From Candidatus Aminicenantales bacterium (GTDB lineage Bacteria > Acidobacteriota > Aminicenantia > Aminicenantales > Saccharicenantaceae), in assembly GCA_049512315.1 (NCBI GenBank), contig JBEKXF010000002.1:132706-196705 (forward strand): 64,000 nt of DNA, given 5' to 3'. Shown one piece after another: positions 62,166-64,000 of the stretch. Below the pieces are notes generated by a model. It saw only the letters and a list, made by a program, of their open reading frames with translations, ran no database searches and had not been told where the DNA came from. Each line of letters starts with the position of its first letter. Position 1 is the stretch's first letter. The translations under genes and the position numbers were made by a program.

Positions 62166-62558
62166 ATGGAAATGAATACAGTCAAGGCTTTTCATAACCC
62201 CTCCACTCAAGGCGCGGCCAGGGCCGGAAAGCGGGAGCGCACGTTCGAGCTCTCTCTTCCGGCCCTGGTCAAGGGACTCGACGCGAGGGGAAAGAGGTTC
62301 GAAGAACCGACCCAGATCGCCGCCATCAGCGCGCAGGAGGTGTCGTTCAGGCTCAATGCCCGCCTCCTGATCGGCTCCAAGACGACGGTTTCCCTGGACA
62401 TTCCCAGGACCCTGATCCTGGAGAGCCCGCTCCGCCTCCTGGTGACGGGGGCCGTTATCTATGTCCGGTCGGAGGCCACGAACGGGAAAAGCCAGTATGT
62501 TTCGATCCTCCTCGACCGGAGCTTCCGTCTCTCGCCCAATGCCGCCCTCCCCACCTGA
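62166..62558 (+). CDS. PilZ-domain-like protein with degenerate motifs (paralog 2)
   Basis: Aligns with paralogs 1 and 3 (…ELSLPALVKGLDARGKRFEEPTQIAAISAQEVSFRL…) but lacks the GG of the D/NxSxGG motif. Confidence 0.55.
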   Translation: MEMNTVKAFHNPSTQGAARAGKRERTFELSLPALVKGLDARGKRFEEPTQIAAISAQEVSFRLNARLLIGSKTTVSLDIPRTLILESPLRLLVTGAVIYVRSEATNGKSQYVSILLDRSFRLSPNAALPT

Positions 62559-62700
62559 GCCCGGGCCTCTTCTTCCCGGTGCGCTCCCCTGCCCAGACCG
62601 CTCTTGACAAGCCCCCCGCCGATAGACTATGATTCGCTAAAATCCTGATCATGTGACTTGAAACCGGATAACCAAATTGCCAAAAGGGGCCGAAACGAGC

Positions 62701-63390
62701 ATGGAGAAAAAGAAAACCCAGCCGTCCGTGGACACGAAGATCACCCTACTCATTTTCTGCCCGTCCGATATCATCCTCGCCGGGATCCTGAAGGCCCTCG
62801 AGACGGACCCTGAGCTTGAGATCCTGAACATAGAAAAGAACACGATCGAGTCGTTCATCGACTCCATCAAGAAGCTCAAGCCCCAGGTCATCCTTTTCGC
62901 CCACATGGAGCCGCTGCCGAACCTCCGCGAGATCTGCAAGGCCATCCGCGAGATCTCGAAAACCCAGGGCCGGTCCCAGCTCCTGCTCTTGGGGAGCATC
63001 CCGGCCCACGAGGAGATCGTCAACCTCATTAACGCCGGGGCCCGGGGTTACTTCGACCTCAACGATTCGTCCTCCCAGCTTCCGGAAGCCGTCCACGGCA
63101 TCCACAAGGGCGAGATCTGGCTCCCCCGGGACAAGATGTCCAGCATCATGGACCGGATCATCTCGGTCGTCGGCCGGGATCTCAAGGAAAAGACGCTCGA
63201 CCAGCTGACGCCGACCGAGTTCCAGGTCCTCCGCCTCATCGGTCAGGGGAAAAGCAACGACGAGATCGCCGAGCTGATGTTCATTAGCAAGAACACTGTG
63301 CGGTCCCACATCAAGAGCATCTACGCGAAACTCGACACCCACAGCCGCCTACAGCTGGCGCTCTACGCCATCAATTCGGCCCTGTTTTAG
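62701..63390 (+). CDS. LuxR/FixJ-family (NarL-type) transcriptional regulator with an atypical receiver domain lacking the phospho-acceptor Asp
   Basis: C-terminal HTH_LuxR domain (…LTPTEFQVLRLIGQGKSNDEIAELMFISKNTVRSHIKSIYAKL…). In the N-terminal receiver, the acidic-pocket DD is replaced by FC (LLIFCPSD) and the phospho-Asp position by A/H (ILFAHMEP). ATG 62701 is preferred over the track's TTG at 62677. Confidence 0.8.
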   Translation: MEKKKTQPSVDTKITLLIFCPSDIILAGILKALETDPELEILNIEKNTIESFIDSIKKLKPQVILFAHMEPLPNLREICKAIREISKTQGRSQLLLLGSIPAHEEIVNLINAGARGYFDLNDSSSQLPEAVHGIHKGEIWLPRDKMSSIMDRIISVVGRDLKEKTLDQLTPTEFQVLRLIGQGKSNDEIAELMFISKNTVRSHIKSIYAKLDTHSRLQLALYAINSALF

Positions 63391-63410
63391 CCTAAGGAAT
63401 CGAGGACGTC

Positions 63411-63803
63411 ATGACCAAGAAAGCCGCCCCCAAAAAGAAAGCGAAAAAACTCCCCAAGGACCTGGAGGTCAATCGCCGGCGGGAATGGCGGTTTGACCTG
63501 CCCCTGAGGACTGTCATCGAGGGCAAGCTGCCCCAGGGCGACAAGTTCCATGAGGAAACGGAGCTCCAGAACATCTCTTCGGGCGGCGCCTACTTCGCCC
63601 TGGACTCAGGCGTCGCCGTCGGCTCGAAGCTCAACCTCATGATCGAGCTCCCGAACGAGCTGACCGACGGAAAGAAGATGAAGCTCTGGATCGGCGGCAT
63701 CACCGTCCGCCTCGAAAAGCCGGACCCGAAAGCGAAGCGGCAGGGCGTGGCGATCCGGTTCAGCGACAACTTCAAGGTCATCCCCGCCGCCAAGAAAAAA
63801 TAG
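63411..63803 (+). CDS. PilZ domain c-di-GMP-binding protein (canonical motifs)
   Basis: AAGGAATCGAGG RBS. Lys-rich N-terminus, RxxxR motif (RRREWR) and D/NxSxGG motif (NISSGGAYF). 130 aa. Confidence 0.8.
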   Translation: MTKKAAPKKKAKKLPKDLEVNRRREWRFDLPLRTVIEGKLPQGDKFHEETELQNISSGGAYFALDSGVAVGSKLNLMIELPNELTDGKKMKLWIGGITVRLEKPDPKAKRQGVAIRFSDNFKVIPAAKKK

Positions 63804-63804
63804 C

Positions 63805-64000
63805 GTGCTCCGCGCCGCGCTGACGGGGGGGATCGCCTGCGGCAAGTCGGTTGTCGCCGGCGTTCTCCGGGAAAAAGGTTGTTTCGTCCATTCCGCCGAT
63901 GCGGCGGCCCATGAACTCATGTCCCCCGGCCGCCCAGCCTGGAAAAAAATCGTCGCCCGGTTCGGAAAAGAGGTCCTTCGGCCGGACGGGGCCATTGACC
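63805..64000 (+). CDS. coaE: Dephospho-CoA kinase, N-terminal part (truncated by window end)
   Basis: GTG at 63805, 2 nt after the PilZ stop. Encodes VLRAALTGGIACGKSVVAGVLREKGCFVHSADAAAHELM…, with a CoaE-type P-loop (LTGGIACGKS). Confidence 0.7.
   Translation, partial: MLRAALTGGIACGKSVVAGVLREKGCFVHSADAAAHELMSPGRPAWKKIVARFGKEVLRPDGAID

Noticed and set aside
1-64000. CRISPR arrays, transposases, integrases, phage genes
   Set aside because: I looked for them and found none. The only tandem DNA repeats are in-frame domain repeats within the giant SBBP/FN3 gene, not spacer-repeat arrays.

Overview
A 64-kb high-GC (about 65%) bacterial chromosomal window. It is densely coded on both strands, and its gene content and signal-peptide style are consistent with an Acidobacteria-like organism (not verifiable here). 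I found no CRISPR array, transposase or integrase. Genes read, in order: a class-V aminotransferase / S9B dipeptidyl-peptidase / unknown-protein operon; a convergent C69 dipeptidase and GH42 beta-galactosidase; a CPA2 K+/H+ antiporter coupled to a P-loop kinase-like gene; two tandem outer-membrane beta-barrel paralogs, each with its own promoter and terminator; an HI0933-like flavoprotein and a Gfo/Idh/MocA oxidoreductase. A minus-strand operon follows, encoding a giant secreted SBBP-repeat / FN3 / ASH-like protein (1264 aa), an OMP beta-barrel, a truncated xylose-isomerase-like TIM-barrel remnant and a signal-peptide-bearing SAM methyltransferase. Next come tRNA-Arg(ACG) with a textbook promoter; a Zn alcohol dehydrogenase translationally coupled to a YprB-like RNase-H-fold exonuclease; and a rhamnose cluster (rhaB, rhaA, GH78 rhamnosidase) interrupted by a HEAT-repeat protein and an HD-GYP phosphodiesterase that share an N-terminal domain. 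Then follow a class-III aminotransferase; three tandem alkaline-phosphatase-superfamily phosphodiesterase paralogs (cytoplasmic, membrane-anchored, TAT-exported) plus a small RHH-like protein, a membrane protein and Skp/OmpH; a small-ORF / nitroreductase / membrane metallophosphoesterase operon beside a palindrome-rich intergenic region; a lipoprotein; and a duplicated ABC-2 ATPase/permease operon. The most unusual item is a circularly permuted, internally deleted cofactor-independent phosphoglycerate mutase (iPGM) homolog. The window ends with an M23 peptidase / TAT D-aminoacylase pair; rpsO-pnp behind an AT-rich promoter island; three tandem GspG-like pseudopilins; a DUF192 protein; pcm; archaeal-type proS; and a c-di-GMP-flavoured cluster of three PilZ-domain proteins around an atypical LuxR regulator whose receiver lacks the phospho-acceptor Asp, followed by the start of coaE. 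Many long antisense ORFs in the track are GC-rich artifacts.
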